From Candidatus Latescibacterota bacterium (GTDB taxonomy: Bacteria > Latescibacterota > UBA2968): a DNA stretch of 64,000 bases. Position 1 is the first letter of the stretch; each line of letters starts with the position of its first letter. Positions 49,616 through 62,570 of this stretch are shown here, in pieces. Under the pieces are notes generated by a model. It had not been told where the DNA came from, did not search any database, and saw only the letters and a list, made by a program, of their open reading frames with translations. The stretch covers positions 1,696,001-1,760,000 of the forward strand of contig OZ220741.1 in NCBI GenBank assembly GCA_965116885.1. The letters are read 5' to 3'. The position numbers and the translations under genes are program-made.

Positions 49616-52099
49616 TTAATTTCCATACCGGAAGCGCACTTCGCGTTCGACGCTCTTGCCACTGACCAGGTCGGTTACGATGACCTCGAGTGCGTTGACA
49701 CCGGGTCTGACTTTGTTGAGGACGATTTCGACGTATTCGCGCTCGTCGGCGTCGCGTCCCGTGAGTTCGTTGGTGATGGCCACCTGGGGTTTGGTGGTTC
49801 TAAAGATGGTGCGCAACCCCGTGGCCACCGCGCCAAATACGCCAACGGCGGGCATGGCGCTGGAGCGAATGCGGTATTCGGTTTTGTAGCGGGTTTGTCC
49901 AAAGGTGTCTTTGGTCAGGTTGTAGATTTCAAAGTAGGCATAGACATTTTGCTTTATGGCATAACTGCGCGTGGGAATGGGAATGATCCACACGTCTTCT
50001 TTTTGGAATTTTGTCGCGCCTGCTTCCGCAATGTTCGAAGCCAGTTGAATTTCGCTGACCTGGAGTTCTGGGATTTGATAGTCTCTGACCTGGAGTTCTT
50101 GCCGGTAGAGTCCGGTGCGTCCAGAGATGAGGTCTTTCATCTGCACCTGGAGTTCGTATTTGCCAGGCGGCACCTGTGTTTTGATGATTTCAGGCACAAA
50201 AGTACCCTGTTCAGTTGTGCTGTGTACTTGTGCGCCGCGATACGCAAACGCATCGGTTGTGCGATAGATAGATGTGTGACCTTCATTTGCCAGCGCAACG
50301 GCCAATTGTACGTGTATGAAACTCGAATCGGCTTCTTGCTCAATTTCGACCTGCTCGGGCGGGATGCCATAGTAGATCTCGAGATTGGTCTGGCCGTCGG
50401 GTCCGCGGAAGTGCGCCAGGTCATAGTAGAAATTGAGTATATCGCCGGGAAGACCAGGGCGATAAAAGTCGGGCGAAGTCGATACGGCTTGCTGATAGAT
50501 GACTTCGGGTGTGTGTTCGGTCATGCGGGCGATATAAGCGATGGCTTCGGCATCTTCGGTCGTGGCTTCGGGCAGTGGGGCAAAGTCATAGCGTCCATTG
50601 CCCATTTCGTCGGTGAATGTAATCTCTATGCCCCCATTGAGCTGAATATAGGTCCAGGTTTCCCAGGGCACGGTATCAATTTCATTGCCAATGGTAATGG
50701 GGGAATAGCGGCCAAATTGTAAGCGGGTGTTGAGTTGTCCGGTTTGCTCATCGAGAACGCTTTCGATGGTACCGTCACGCTCAAATGGATTGCGCTCAAA
50801 ACCGAGCCTGAAGCCCTCACCCTCACCGCCTTCGGCTTCGGGGAGTTCGGTCATACCTTCATCGGCGGCTTCGGTAGCTTCTTCGCCCGTAAAACTTTCG
50901 TCGTCGGCGATGTCAGTAGGGGAGTCTGGCTCAAAGAGAGAACCTGTTTCGCGGTTGGTGCGAATGGGAAAGACGGGACCTGTGAAGGTGAAGAAGGCCG
51001 CTTCGGGACCGTAGATGTCAACGGCCATCTGCGTACGCACGCGCTCTACTTCGGCAGTTTGAACAAAATTGCGGTCATTGGAGCGCGAGCGGTAGTCGGG
51101 TTCGCCATATCGGATATAAACAGCACCTCGCTCATCCCAGGGATAGACATTGGACGAAAAATAGGTGCGTGCATACCAGGTGCGGCGGTAGTGTTCGATG
51201 ACGCGCTCGTTGAGCTTGGTGAGGATGTCGGGGTCGCGTCGTGCCCAGAATTGCTCGCGATATGCCTGTTGTTCGGGTCCCGGTGTGGCGGCGTGGTATT
51301 CCTGGAGTTCTGTATCTGAGGCAACGTAGGCAATATTGGTGTAGTGTGCGCGTTCACTACCTTCGGTGTTGGCGAGATAGCGCTCGAAGAGTTCGAGGGC
51401 TTTTTGCGCCTCGTCGTTGTAAAAATGGCCCTGCGCAACAATGGGCAAGAGATGAACGACGTCGGGATTTGCCGTAAGATAGGGGGCAATATGTTCGCGT
51501 ATTTTGTCAAATGCTTTGGCCTGTACACAGGCTAAACCGTAGTAATAAAGGCCCTCGGGATTATCGGGTTCGAGTTCGACGTATTTCTGATAATACTGCA
51601 TGGCTCTGGTGTGGTCTTCTTGAAATCGCTCATAGACTTCGCCGAGCAAGCGATAGGCCGGACCGTAGTTGGGATCGAGTTTGGTCGCGCGCTTGGCTTC
51701 GCGAATGGCTCTGCGAAAATTGTAATAAGATTGCATTCCTCGCGTGGGTGCTTCGGCATACGTAAGGCCAAGCCCGACATAAGCTTCAACGAGGCTTTTG
51801 TCCAATTTTTTAGCTATTTTGAAGGCGCTTTCAGCTTCTTTATATTCTTTCCGTTTGAGATAGATATAACCCAGTTGAGAATACACATGGGCATCTTCGG
51901 GGAAAAGTTCTAATATGCGTTGCAGGGTTGCCATGGCCTCGTTGATTTCACCCGCTTGAATCTGACGCTGACCCAGGGCAAACATCGTATTTCGATAGGC
52001 TTTGTCTTGTTGAGGCGTTTCATCTTCTTCTGCAAAAAGAGGCAGCGCAATGCAAGAGGCACAGCAGACAACCATCCAGAACCGCAATCCAATTTTCAT
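49616..52099 (-). CDS. Secreted TPR + GWxTD-domain protein (paralogue of 24127-26478)
   Basis: TPRs, FWARRDPD...EHYRR...PWDERGAVYIRYGEPDYRSRS, PWETWTY; start moved to MKIGLR. Confidence 0.85.
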   Translation of the reverse strand: MKIGLRFWMVVCCASCIALPLFAEEDETPQQDKAYRNTMFALGQRQIQAGEINEAMATLQRILELFPEDAHVYSQLGYIYLKRKEYKEAESAFKIAKKLDKSLVEAYVGLGLTYAEAPTRGMQSYYNFRRAIREAKRATKLDPNYGPAYRLLGEVYERFQEDHTRAMQYYQKYVELEPDNPEGLYYYGLACVQAKAFDKIREHIAPYLTANPDVVHLLPIVAQGHFYNDEAQKALELFERYLANTEGSERAHYTNIAYVASDTELQEYHAATPGPEQQAYREQFWARRDPDILTKLNERVIEHYRRTWYARTYFSSNVYPWDERGAVYIRYGEPDYRSRSNDRNFVQTAEVERVRTQMAVDIYGPEAAFFTFTGPVFPIRTNRETGSLFEPDSPTDIADDESFTGEEATEAADEGMTELPEAEGGEGEGFRLGFERNPFERDGTIESVLDEQTGQLNTRLQFGRYSPITIGNEIDTVPWETWTYIQLNGGIEITFTDEMGNGRYDFAPLPEATTEDAEAIAYIARMTEHTPEVIYQQAVSTSPDFYRPGLPGDILNFYYDLAHFRGPDGQTNLEIYYGIPPEQVEIEQEADSSFIHVQLAVALANEGHTSIYRTTDAFAYRGAQVHSTTEQGTFVPEIIKTQVPPGKYELQVQMKDLISGRTGLYRQELQVRDYQIPELQVSEIQLASNIAEAGATKFQKEDVWIIPIPTRSYAIKQNVYAYFEIYNLTKDTFGQTRYKTEYRIRSSAMPAVGVFGAVATGLRTIFRTTKPQVAITNELTGRDADEREYVEIVLNKVRPGVNALEVIVTDLVSGKSVEREVRFRYGN

Positions 52100-52341
52100 G
52101 GTATTCTCCCGATGGAAAAGTCGGAGGACCAGATGTGTTTTAGTATTTGTTAAAATATTGTAAGGAGATGTCTTTGTCAACAGATTCCAATCAGTTAAAC
52201 ATCGTACAGGAGGCTATGTTGATAACGCCTGACTGATGGGGCGGTTCCGGTTTTTGCGATTCTGTACTTGACCCTCTGAAAAGAAGAGTCTTATGTTGAA
52301 GCAATGGACAAAAGAGGATCTAAACCATTTAGGGGGATTTA

Positions 52342-53661
52342 ATGCGGTATCGGTTTTGTTGGATTGTTGCGTTTTGGGGGCTGATTTTTGAAGGTGTTTC
52401 CGCAGATGCAATAGGAATTCCATGGGACTTGTCTGCGATACTGGGTTCTGTAACGGTTGAGCAGGAGCAGCGGCAACGCTATAATATACAGCCTCGCATA
52501 CGCATGGGGGACTTGTCTGCGGCTTTTGATCTGGAGATTTTTTTGGATCATGAGGGGCGCATTCGGGACAGTGGCTGGGATTTTTCGAGTCGCCGAAGAG
52601 GGGTGGAGAGTCTGTTGCGAAAAATTCACTACGTGCGCTATGGAGATATCGATGATCGCAATCGGCGATTGTCTCTGCACGTCGGTGCTTTGGAATGGGT
52701 GACATTGGGCACGGGGCTGGTGATGCGCAACTATCGCAATACGCACGGTTCGCCGGGGATAAAACGCGCGGGTTTGGACATGAGAATTCGCCATATTTTC
52801 AGGCGTTTGACAGTGCGCGCCGTGATCGGCAATTTGCTGGATTTAGAAAGCGGTGGACCCGTTTTTGGGGGGCGCGTCGAATTTCAACCGGTTCCGCTAT
52901 TGGATATGGGCGTCACGGCGGTTGTGGATGCGGATCAACTCAGTGGCTTGCCCGATTCAATTCGCGCAGATCTGCCGCGCGATGCATTTGCGGCCGCGAG
53001 TGTTGATGTGGGCTATCCCTTTATCGATAGACGGCATCTAAGGGCGAGGCTGTATGCGGGCGCTGGGCGAATTTTGGATGAGGATAGTGGGACGGGTCTC
53101 GCTTTGCCCGGTGTGATGGTTGATGTGGGGCCAGCGCGATTACAGGCGGAGTATCGCTGGGTCAACGGCAGGTTTCAGGCCGGGCATTTTGACGCGCTCT
53201 ACGATGTTAATCGCGCCCTTGTCGATTCGCGTACGGGGGCTATTACAACGCGGGAAGCTACGTTGCAGTCTGAGTCGATGCAAGGGGTGTTTGGCAGTGC
53301 TCTTATGAGATTTTACGGCATTTTTGTGGCAAGTGGATCCTATCAGCACTTGCGCGGAGATGCCAGCAATGCACAGATTGTGGAAGGCCGCGCGGGTATG
53401 ATACCAGAATTTTTGAAACAGATGCCCAAATTAAAAAAAGTGACACGGGCAGAGGGGTATTTTGAGAAGCGCTTTCAGAATATCAGCCTGAGAAATTTAT
53501 TCGATGGCACGCCCAATACGCGGTTTGGATATGTGGTTGCGCTGGAACCCGTAAAGAATACAGTGGTGATAATGGAGGCCGAATTTACTTATTTGCCAGA
53601 TGGTTCCGGCGGATTTCGACGCGAACGGATTTTGAATATTCAGACAAAGATACAGCTTTAA
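52342..53661 (+). CDS. Hypothetical secreted / outer-membrane beta-barrel protein
   Basis: Signal peptide; alternating beta-strand pattern; KIHYVRYG, TLGTGLVMRNYRN, FDALY; C-terminal strand. Confidence 0.65.
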   Translation: MRYRFCWIVAFWGLIFEGVSADAIGIPWDLSAILGSVTVEQEQRQRYNIQPRIRMGDLSAAFDLEIFLDHEGRIRDSGWDFSSRRRGVESLLRKIHYVRYGDIDDRNRRLSLHVGALEWVTLGTGLVMRNYRNTHGSPGIKRAGLDMRIRHIFRRLTVRAVIGNLLDLESGGPVFGGRVEFQPVPLLDMGVTAVVDADQLSGLPDSIRADLPRDAFAAASVDVGYPFIDRRHLRARLYAGAGRILDEDSGTGLALPGVMVDVGPARLQAEYRWVNGRFQAGHFDALYDVNRALVDSRTGAITTREATLQSESMQGVFGSALMRFYGIFVASGSYQHLRGDASNAQIVEGRAGMIPEFLKQMPKLKKVTRAEGYFEKRFQNISLRNLFDGTPNTRFGYVVALEPVKNTVVIMEAEFTYLPDGSGGFRRERILNIQTKIQL

Positions 53662-53666
53662 ATTAT

Positions 53667-56648
53667 TCAGAACCCCTCAAACTGGCTCAGGTCTGCAATG
53701 CCGTCGGGCAGGGCGGCGATGTGCTGGGCAAGGGCGAGGCGCGATTGCTTGAGGTCGGGATCATCGACCATGATGAGCACGTCTTCGAAGAAGCTGTTGA
53801 TGGGGTCGCGCAATTCGGCCATGACCTGGATCAGGGCGGTGAGTTTGTCGTCGGCTGCATCCATTGTTTTGCGCGCGGCGAGATAGGCTTTGTGCAGTGC
53901 CTGGGAGGCTTCTTCGGGGTCGCGGTCAGGAGTGAGATCGTAGTGCTCTGAGAGGTCGCGCACAATGCGTTTGCACCGCGCATGGGCATGGAGGATGTCG
54001 AGCCATTGATCGGAATGGATTTGCGCGGTAAATGCCCGGGCAATCCGCTGGATTTGATAGGGGTCATCCAAATTTTCCGCAATCGCAGCGGAAATTGCGT
54101 CGTGGCGCAGGCCCTCGTCTCGCAGGACTACTTCGAGGCGACGGATAATGTAGTCAAAGGCTTCGTCGAGGGCATCTCGTTTGACTACAACGGACAAGTG
54201 ATTGGCGGCTACATTGAGGCCCTGGCGCAGGGGAAAATGCATTTTGTAACCGAGGAGATTTGAAAGCAGACCCAGGGTGTCGCGCCTGAGACCATAAGGG
54301 TCAGCATTTGAGCGGGGTTTGATGCCCACGCCAAAAAGACCGGCGAGGCTGTCGAGACGGTCGGCTATTGAGACAGCGAGACCGGGTTGTGTTTGGGGCA
54401 GTGAGTCGCCCGGGAAGCGCGGATGGTAATGGTCTTCAATGGCGCGCGCAACGGCTTTCGTTTCGCCGGAAGACAGGGCGTAGTAGCGGCCCATGATGCC
54501 TTGCAGAGAGGTCATTTCAACGACCATGCTGGTCGCCAGATCGGCTTTGCACAATACGGCTGCGCGCAGAGCCGTTTTTTTATTTTTTTCCCGAAGTCCA
54601 AGCGCGGCAGATAAGTCGTTGACGAGTTTTTCAACACGGCGGGTTTTGTCGCGCATAGAGCCGAGTTTTTCTTGAAAGGTGAGGGTGTCCAGGCGCGACA
54701 GAAAGTCGCCGAGTTTTTTGTTTGTGTCGTCTTCGTAAAAGAATCTGGCGTCGGCATATCTGGCGCGTATGACGTTTTCATTGCCTTTGACGACGAGGTC
54801 GGGGTCGTCGGGTATTCCGTTGCATACAGTGATGAAGTTGGGTTTGAGATCGCCTTTTTCGTCGAGTATTGGAAAATATCGCTGATGTTTTTTCATGACG
54901 GCGATGAGCATTTCGCGGGGTAGGGAAAGGCGCGCGCTTTCAAAGGTGCCACAAAGCGCGTGCGGGGCTTCGACGAGGTCGGTGACTTCGTCGATCAGGT
55001 CGGGATCGTCGGGCACGTTGCCGTCAATTTGTTGGGCTACTGTTTCGATTTGTTGTTTGATGGTTTCGCGCCGTTTGTCGCGGTTGACTACGATGCCGTG
55101 TTTTTGCATTTGCGCGCGATAGTCAGAAGCAGAAGCGATTTCGATTTCTGGCGAGGCGTTGGGGCGCAGCCCGCGACTCGTGCGTCCTGCTGTTGCGCGC
55201 GCATAAGTGAATGGGATGATTTGATCGCCAAAGAGAGCGACAATCCAGCGGAGGGGCCGCGGATATGCGATTCCTTCAGAATTCCAGCGCATGGTTTTGC
55301 CAAAGCTGAGTTTGGCGATGAGTTCGGGTAGCAGTTCAGAGAGGATTTCCTGGGTTTTGCGTCCGTAAATGGTGATGCCTGCCCAGACGTAGTCGTCGCG
55401 CTGTTCTACTTCTGACGGATCAATGCCCTGTCCGCGGGCAAATCCCTGAAGTGCTCGGGTGGGATCGCCGTCATTGTCATAGGCGATGCGGATGGCTGGT
55501 CCGCGCGCTTGTTTGATTTCATCGGGTTGCCGTCCCAGCAGATTTTTGACGATGGCATATTGTCTGCGCGGCGTACCGCTGACTTCGATGCTGTCGTACG
55601 TGAGATTTGCTTCGCCGAGGTGTTCGGGCAGCAGTTTTTCGAGTTGTGATATCGCGCTGACGACATCGGCAGGTGGCAGTTCTTCCGAGCCGATTTCGAG
55701 CAGGAGATCGGCGGCGTTTAATTCGGGCAGTTCTTCGGCTTCGGATACCAGTGGGGGCTTGTCCTTTAATGGTTTTATGAGGGGATGTCCCTGGTCTTCG
55801 CGTTGTTTGACATAGGCTTCGGCTATTTGGCGCGAGAGGTCGCGCATTTGGGCAAAAAAACGGGCGCGTTCGGTTACGCCAATGGCACCGCGCGTGTCGA
55901 GCAGATTAAAGGTGTGCGAGCAGCGAATGACGTAGTCGTGTGCGGGAATGACGAGGTCGCGGTCAAGAGCTGCCTGGGCTTCGGCTGTAAAGATGTCGTA
56001 CATGGATTTGAGGCGGTTGACGTCGGCCCAGTAGAATTCGTAGTTGCAGTATTCTATTTCTTGTCTTTTGAGGATGTCGCCATAAGTTACTGTGTCATTC
56101 CACTGCAATTGCCAGACTTCATCCACGCCTTGAAGATACATGGCAATGCGTTCGAGACCGTAGGTGATTTCAACGGCAACGGGATCGAGTTGCATGCCGC
56201 CCGCCTGCTGGAAATAGGTAAATTGCGTGATTTCCATGCCGTCTAACCACACTTCCCATCCCAGGCCCCATGCACCCAGAGCTGGGGATTCCCAGTTGTC
56301 TTCGACAAAGCGGATGTCGTGTGCTTTGCAATCGAGTCCCAGAGTTTCGAGGCTTTTGAGATACAGTTCCTGCGGGTTGCCGGGATCGGGTTTGAGGATG
56401 ACCTGATACTGGGTGTGCATTTGCATGCGGTTGGGATTTTCACCAAAGCGCCCATCGTCGGGGCGATAGGAGGGTTCAACATAAGCGACGTTCCAGGGTT
56501 CGGGGCCAAGTACGCGCAATACTGTGGCGGCGTTCATTGTGCCTGCGCCCACTTTTTCGCTGTAGGGTTGCCATATTATACAGCCGTTGTCGGCCCAGAA
56601 GCGCTCAAGGCGCATGATCAGGTCTTGAAAATTCAGGTGGTTGCTCAC
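53667..56648 (-). CDS. glyQS: Glycine--tRNA ligase, fused alpha+beta subunits
   Basis: Alpha motifs ([35 protein letters not shown]) run in frame into beta motifs ([23 protein letters not shown]); GTG start at 56648. Confidence 0.95.
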   Translation of the reverse strand: MSNHLNFQDLIMRLERFWADNGCIIWQPYSEKVGAGTMNAATVLRVLGPEPWNVAYVEPSYRPDDGRFGENPNRMQMHTQYQVILKPDPGNPQELYLKSLETLGLDCKAHDIRFVEDNWESPALGAWGLGWEVWLDGMEITQFTYFQQAGGMQLDPVAVEITYGLERIAMYLQGVDEVWQLQWNDTVTYGDILKRQEIEYCNYEFYWADVNRLKSMYDIFTAEAQAALDRDLVIPAHDYVIRCSHTFNLLDTRGAIGVTERARFFAQMRDLSRQIAEAYVKQREDQGHPLIKPLKDKPPLVSEAEELPELNAADLLLEIGSEELPPADVVSAISQLEKLLPEHLGEANLTYDSIEVSGTPRRQYAIVKNLLGRQPDEIKQARGPAIRIAYDNDGDPTRALQGFARGQGIDPSEVEQRDDYVWAGITIYGRKTQEILSELLPELIAKLSFGKTMRWNSEGIAYPRPLRWIVALFGDQIIPFTYARATAGRTSRGLRPNASPEIEIASASDYRAQMQKHGIVVNRDKRRETIKQQIETVAQQIDGNVPDDPDLIDEVTDLVEAPHALCGTFESARLSLPREMLIAVMKKHQRYFPILDEKGDLKPNFITVCNGIPDDPDLVVKGNENVIRARYADARFFYEDDTNKKLGDFLSRLDTLTFQEKLGSMRDKTRRVEKLVNDLSAALGLREKNKKTALRAAVLCKADLATSMVVEMTSLQGIMGRYYALSSGETKAVARAIEDHYHPRFPGDSLPQTQPGLAVSIADRLDSLAGLFGVGIKPRSNADPYGLRRDTLGLLSNLLGYKMHFPLRQGLNVAANHLSVVVKRDALDEAFDYIIRRLEVVLRDEGLRHDAISAAIAENLDDPYQIQRIARAFTAQIHSDQWLDILHAHARCKRIVRDLSEHYDLTPDRDPEEASQALHKAYLAARKTMDAADDKLTALIQVMAELRDPINSFFEDVLIMVDDPDLKQSRLALAQHIAALPDGIADLSQFEGF

Positions 56649-56690
56649 GGTTGGTTCCTCGGTTGGTGTATCGTAGGGACAGAGGGTAGC

Positions 56691-56762
56691 GGGCGGGCAC
56701 AGGGGCACCGCCCCTACATGCAATGATCGTGTCCGTGTAGGGGACGGCCCCTGTGCCGTCCC
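56691..56762. mobile_element. Composite REPIN-like element (second copy, opposite orientation)
   Basis: Reverse complement matches 30429-30505. Confidence 0.75.
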
Positions 56763-56835
56763 GAATCAAAGGTCAAATGATACCCTGATTTTTAGTTTGT
56801 GTCAACTTGTGGTCGGTTTCACGCGTTTTTTCCTC

Positions 56836-56941
56836 TTGCAAAAGCCCATTTTCTCGCCTATATTTTGGATAGATGGCGACTGGTAAAATTAAATACAAAC
56901 GCTCCCTCATAAGGGGGCGTTTTTTTTTACGCGGGAGGTAA
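56836..56941 (+). promoter_or_regulatory. pyrB promoter and pyrL-like leader peptide/attenuator
   Basis: TTGCAA-N17-TATATT; uORF 56873-56941 (MATGKIKYKRSLIRGRFFLRGR) crosses the ACGCTCCCT-CATA-AGGGGGCGT-T8 terminator. Confidence 0.65.
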
Positions 56942-56944
56942 GAG

Positions 56945-57871
56945 ATGGACAGTCTGTTTCACGTAATTGAGGCGCAGCAATTTAGTCGAGATATCATGAA
57001 TGAGATTTTTGGCGTGACGCGAGAGATGGAGCATGTGGTCAGCCGTTATGGTTCGAATATTTTGAATCGGCGGATTATGGCGACTTTGTTTTACGAACCG
57101 AGTACGCGCACGCGGTTGTCTTTTGAAGCGGCGATGTATCGCCTGGGTGGCGAGGTGATTACTACAGAGAGCGCGCGGGAGTTTTCATCGGCGGCAAAGG
57201 GCGAAACGCTCGAAGATACGATCCGTATTGTAGAGGGGTATTCCGATGTGATTGTGTTGCGGCACTACGAGAGCGGTTCTGCACGGCGGGCAGCAGAGGT
57301 GGCGTCGATTCCCATTCTCAATGCAGGTGACGGGCCGGGGCAGCATCCCACGCAGGCACTTTTGGATGTGTACACGATTCAGAAAGAGATCGGCAGGTTA
57401 GATGGTATTCATGTGGCATTGGTCGGCGATCTGGCAAATGGTCGGACGGCGCGGTCGCTGGCTTATTTGTTGACAAAGTACGAAGATGTGAAGTTGTATT
57501 TTGTGGCGCCAGAGATGGTGCGTATGAGAGATGATATCAAGGGGTATCTGACAGAACACGGGGTAGCGTTTGAGGAAGAAGACGATCTGATGAGCGTGAT
57601 GTCGAAGGTGGATGTGGTGTATCAGACGCGGATTCAGCGTGAGCGGTTTGGCGATCGGATACAAGATTACGAGCGGGCGCGGGGAAAGTATATTATCGAT
57701 GTGGAGACGATGTCGGCGCTTTCGGAGAATGCGATTGTGATGCATCCCCTGCCCCGGGTGGATGAGATTGATCCGGCTGTTGATACGGATCCCCGCGCTG
57801 CGTATTTTCGCCAGGCACACAATGGTGTTTTTATTCGCATGGCACTGTTGCAGATGGTGTTGGGCGTGTGA
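56945..57871 (+). CDS. pyrB: Aspartate carbamoyltransferase catalytic subunit
   Basis: FYEPSTRTRLSF, KGETLEDT, NAGDG, HPTQALLD, HPLPR. Confidence 0.97.
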   Translation: MDSLFHVIEAQQFSRDIMNEIFGVTREMEHVVSRYGSNILNRRIMATLFYEPSTRTRLSFEAAMYRLGGEVITTESAREFSSAAKGETLEDTIRIVEGYSDVIVLRHYESGSARRAAEVASIPILNAGDGPGQHPTQALLDVYTIQKEIGRLDGIHVALVGDLANGRTARSLAYLLTKYEDVKLYFVAPEMVRMRDDIKGYLTEHGVAFEEEDDLMSVMSKVDVVYQTRIQRERFGDRIQDYERARGKYIIDVETMSALSENAIVMHPLPRVDEIDPAVDTDPRAAYFRQAHNGVFIRMALLQMVLGV

Positions 57872-57880
57872 TAGAGGGGT

Positions 57881-58306
57881 TTAAGATAACGTCCCCAGAT
57901 CTCTTTCAAATACCAGGAGTACAATAGAACCAGATAGCGATTCCGTCACGGCGATTCGACTTTGTTTGTCGTAGAAAAATCCCGAAAAATTTCGTCCTGG
58001 GGTGGAAAATGTGATTTCAAATTTTGAATTTACAGCGTAATTCCCATCTATCTCCCAAACACTTTGTTCTGGACTGCCAAAGCTCGCAGATAAGCGATAG
58101 GTTCTGTCCGGGTTTAATTCGATAAATCCAGTGGGCGGATTTTTTTCCGCTTCGCGATTCCGATAGACCAGAGCGCGTCCGCGACCCGAATCAATTTTGA
58201 CTGCCTGCAATGTGTAAATTCCCGCCACGGCCTGTGGCGATGTGGGCGATTCTGTGCCACAGGTACTCAAGAGCAATCCGAGAAAAATAATCGCGATCCG
58301 TTTCAT
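57881..58306 (-). CDS. Hypothetical lipoprotein
   Basis: MKR + hydrophobic core + LSTC lipobox-like motif; GGAG RBS. Confidence 0.7.
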   Translation of the reverse strand: MKRIAIIFLGLLLSTCGTESPTSPQAVAGIYTLQAVKIDSGRGRALVYRNREAEKNPPTGFIELNPDRTYRLSASFGSPEQSVWEIDGNYAVNSKFEITFSTPGRNFSGFFYDKQSRIAVTESLSGSIVLLVFERDLGTLS

Positions 58307-58433
58307 ATCAACCTGTCTCCAGGTGCTCTTTGCCGCTCAAATTATGTGTTTTAACTTAACCCAACTGTTTCGTTTATGCGAGTATTTTCTATCACCTTGA
58401 CGGATTAGCTACTGTGCGAGTATATTGTTGCTT

Positions 58434-59360
58434 ATGATTTCTGATGAGATGAGAAGACGCATTGCCGCGCTCAATCGCCGCGATTTGAAACACGCAGATG
58501 AGGTTGCTGAAGCCGAGGCGCAAGTAGAGCCTGAAGTCCGTCCTGTCCGTGGAGAGAGACGTGCGCCCGATCCCGGTGAGTTGCGCGTGATGGCTACTGC
58601 GTCCGATGCGCGATTGCATCTCGCGCTGGACGAGGTGACACAGGGCGAGGTGATTCATACACCCGCAGGTACATTTCTGTTGATTGATCAGACTGTTCAA
58701 GAGTTTCTGAGCGGTGGCGGGCGGGCGTTTGGTGCGCGATACGAACGCGCGATAAGCGCGTTACATGCGGGTAATGTGCCACACGATCCGTATGATACGT
58801 TTCATACTTTGATTGATGCACGCGCCGAAGATGTGATTTACGTCGATATTGAGACGACGGGGTTGACGGCTGGTACGCCGCTGTTTTTGATTGGCGTGTT
58901 GGGGCATTTTGATGGCGATTTGCGCGTTGTGCAGTTGCTGGCGCGAGATTATACGGAAGAGGCCGCGTTGTTGTCGCATTTCGTCACCATGTTAGATGCT
59001 TCACAGGTGATCGTCAGCTTTAATGGCAAGTCGTATGATTTGCCCTATATCCGCGACCGGTGTTTGTTTATGGGGGTGCCGTTTCGGTTGCGACAAGCGC
59101 ATATCGATATGTTGCATGTCGGGCGTCGTATATGGGGCAGGCAGTTGCCCAATTGCAAGTTGCAGACTCTGGAACAATATATTTGCCGTCGCACCCGGCA
59201 AGGCGATATTCCAGGTGCGGAGATTCCCAATGCGTATCACCGGTTTGTTAAGTCGGGAAATGCTGTACAGATGCGCGATATTTTACACCACAATGTGCTG
59301 GATCTGCTGACGACGACAGAGGTGTTGTTGCGTGTGATAGAGGGGAGGGTGTATTTGTAG
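58434..59360 (+). CDS. YprB-like RNase H-fold (DnaQ-type) exonuclease
   Basis: YVDIETTGL, SFNGKSYDLP, HIDMLH, LQTLE, DIPG.EIP..Y, HN.LD. Confidence 0.88.
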   Translation: MISDEMRRRIAALNRRDLKHADEVAEAEAQVEPEVRPVRGERRAPDPGELRVMATASDARLHLALDEVTQGEVIHTPAGTFLLIDQTVQEFLSGGGRAFGARYERAISALHAGNVPHDPYDTFHTLIDARAEDVIYVDIETTGLTAGTPLFLIGVLGHFDGDLRVVQLLARDYTEEAALLSHFVTMLDASQVIVSFNGKSYDLPYIRDRCLFMGVPFRLRQAHIDMLHVGRRIWGRQLPNCKLQTLEQYICRRTRQGDIPGAEIPNAYHRFVKSGNAVQMRDILHHNVLDLLTTTEVLLRVIEGRVYL

Positions 59361-59382
59361 GGGCGACCCCCTGTGGTCGCCC
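59357..59382 (+). repeat. GTAG-type REP palindrome (supplies the TAG stop of the nuclease gene)
   Basis: GTAGGGGCGACCCCCTGTGGTCGCCC, identical to 61800-61825. Confidence 0.85.
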
Positions 59383-59394
59383 GCAGGTGGTCAT

Positions 59395-61825
<2,431 letters not shown>

Positions 61826-61870
61826 GCTGATTATATTGTTTGGGTATTATCACAGAGGAGGAGGCGAGGT

Positions 61871-62530
61871 ATGAGTATGCGGTGGATTATTGGTTTGTTT
61901 TTTATCGGATGTGTTGTAGCGCAACAGGTCTGGGCAGAGACATCATTGGGGTTGCCGGTTGAGGGCGTGCAGACGATTGTGTTGCGCAATGAGGTGGGTA
62001 AAAATCAGATTCGGTTTGTGAGTTCGGCACCGCTGGAGGAGATCCACGGTACAGCGTCGGAGATTTCGGGTGCGTTAAAATTGGATCCGGCAAATGTGGA
62101 GGGTATGACGGGGAAGATTGAGGTGCAGGTTGCGAGTATGGAGACGGGTATCGAGAAGCGCGACGCGCATTTGCACAGCGCGGATTGGTTGGATGAAAAA
62201 CAGTTTCCGGTGATTGTGTTTGAGATTGTGGGGTTGAAGGATGTGTCTGTGGAGGGAGGAGAAGATAGGGCTGTGATTAAGGGTTTGGCTATGGGGACGT
62301 TTTCACTGCACGGCGTGGATAAGGAGATGGAGATTCCTTTTGAGGCGACGTATTTGCTGGCGTCAGAGCAGACAAAGAAGCGCGCGTTAGGGGATTTTTT
62401 TGTGGTGAAGGGCGAGTTTGAGATTGCGTTGAAGGATTTTGATATTGCAGGCGCGCGCGGGCTGGTGGGCAATCGCGTTGGGAAGAAGATCGATTTGAAG
62501 ACGAATTTTTTTGGTTCTACAAGGCGGTGA
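61871..62530 (+). CDS. YceI-family periplasmic protein
   Basis: Signal peptide; F.S.APLE.I.G, TGIEKRDAHL...WLD...FP.I.F, G.FSLHGV; start moved to MSMRW. Confidence 0.9.
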   Translation: MSMRWIIGLFFIGCVVAQQVWAETSLGLPVEGVQTIVLRNEVGKNQIRFVSSAPLEEIHGTASEISGALKLDPANVEGMTGKIEVQVASMETGIEKRDAHLHSADWLDEKQFPVIVFEIVGLKDVSVEGGEDRAVIKGLAMGTFSLHGVDKEMEIPFEATYLLASEQTKKRALGDFFVVKGEFEIALKDFDIAGARGLVGNRVGKKIDLKTNFFGSTRR

Positions 62531-62546
62531 GACGGGAGAAGCACCC

Positions 62547-62570
62547 GTAGGGGCGAGGCATGCCTCGCCC
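62547..62570 (+). repeat. GTAG-type REP palindrome
   Basis: Identical to the 5814 and 38226 copies. Confidence 0.85.
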
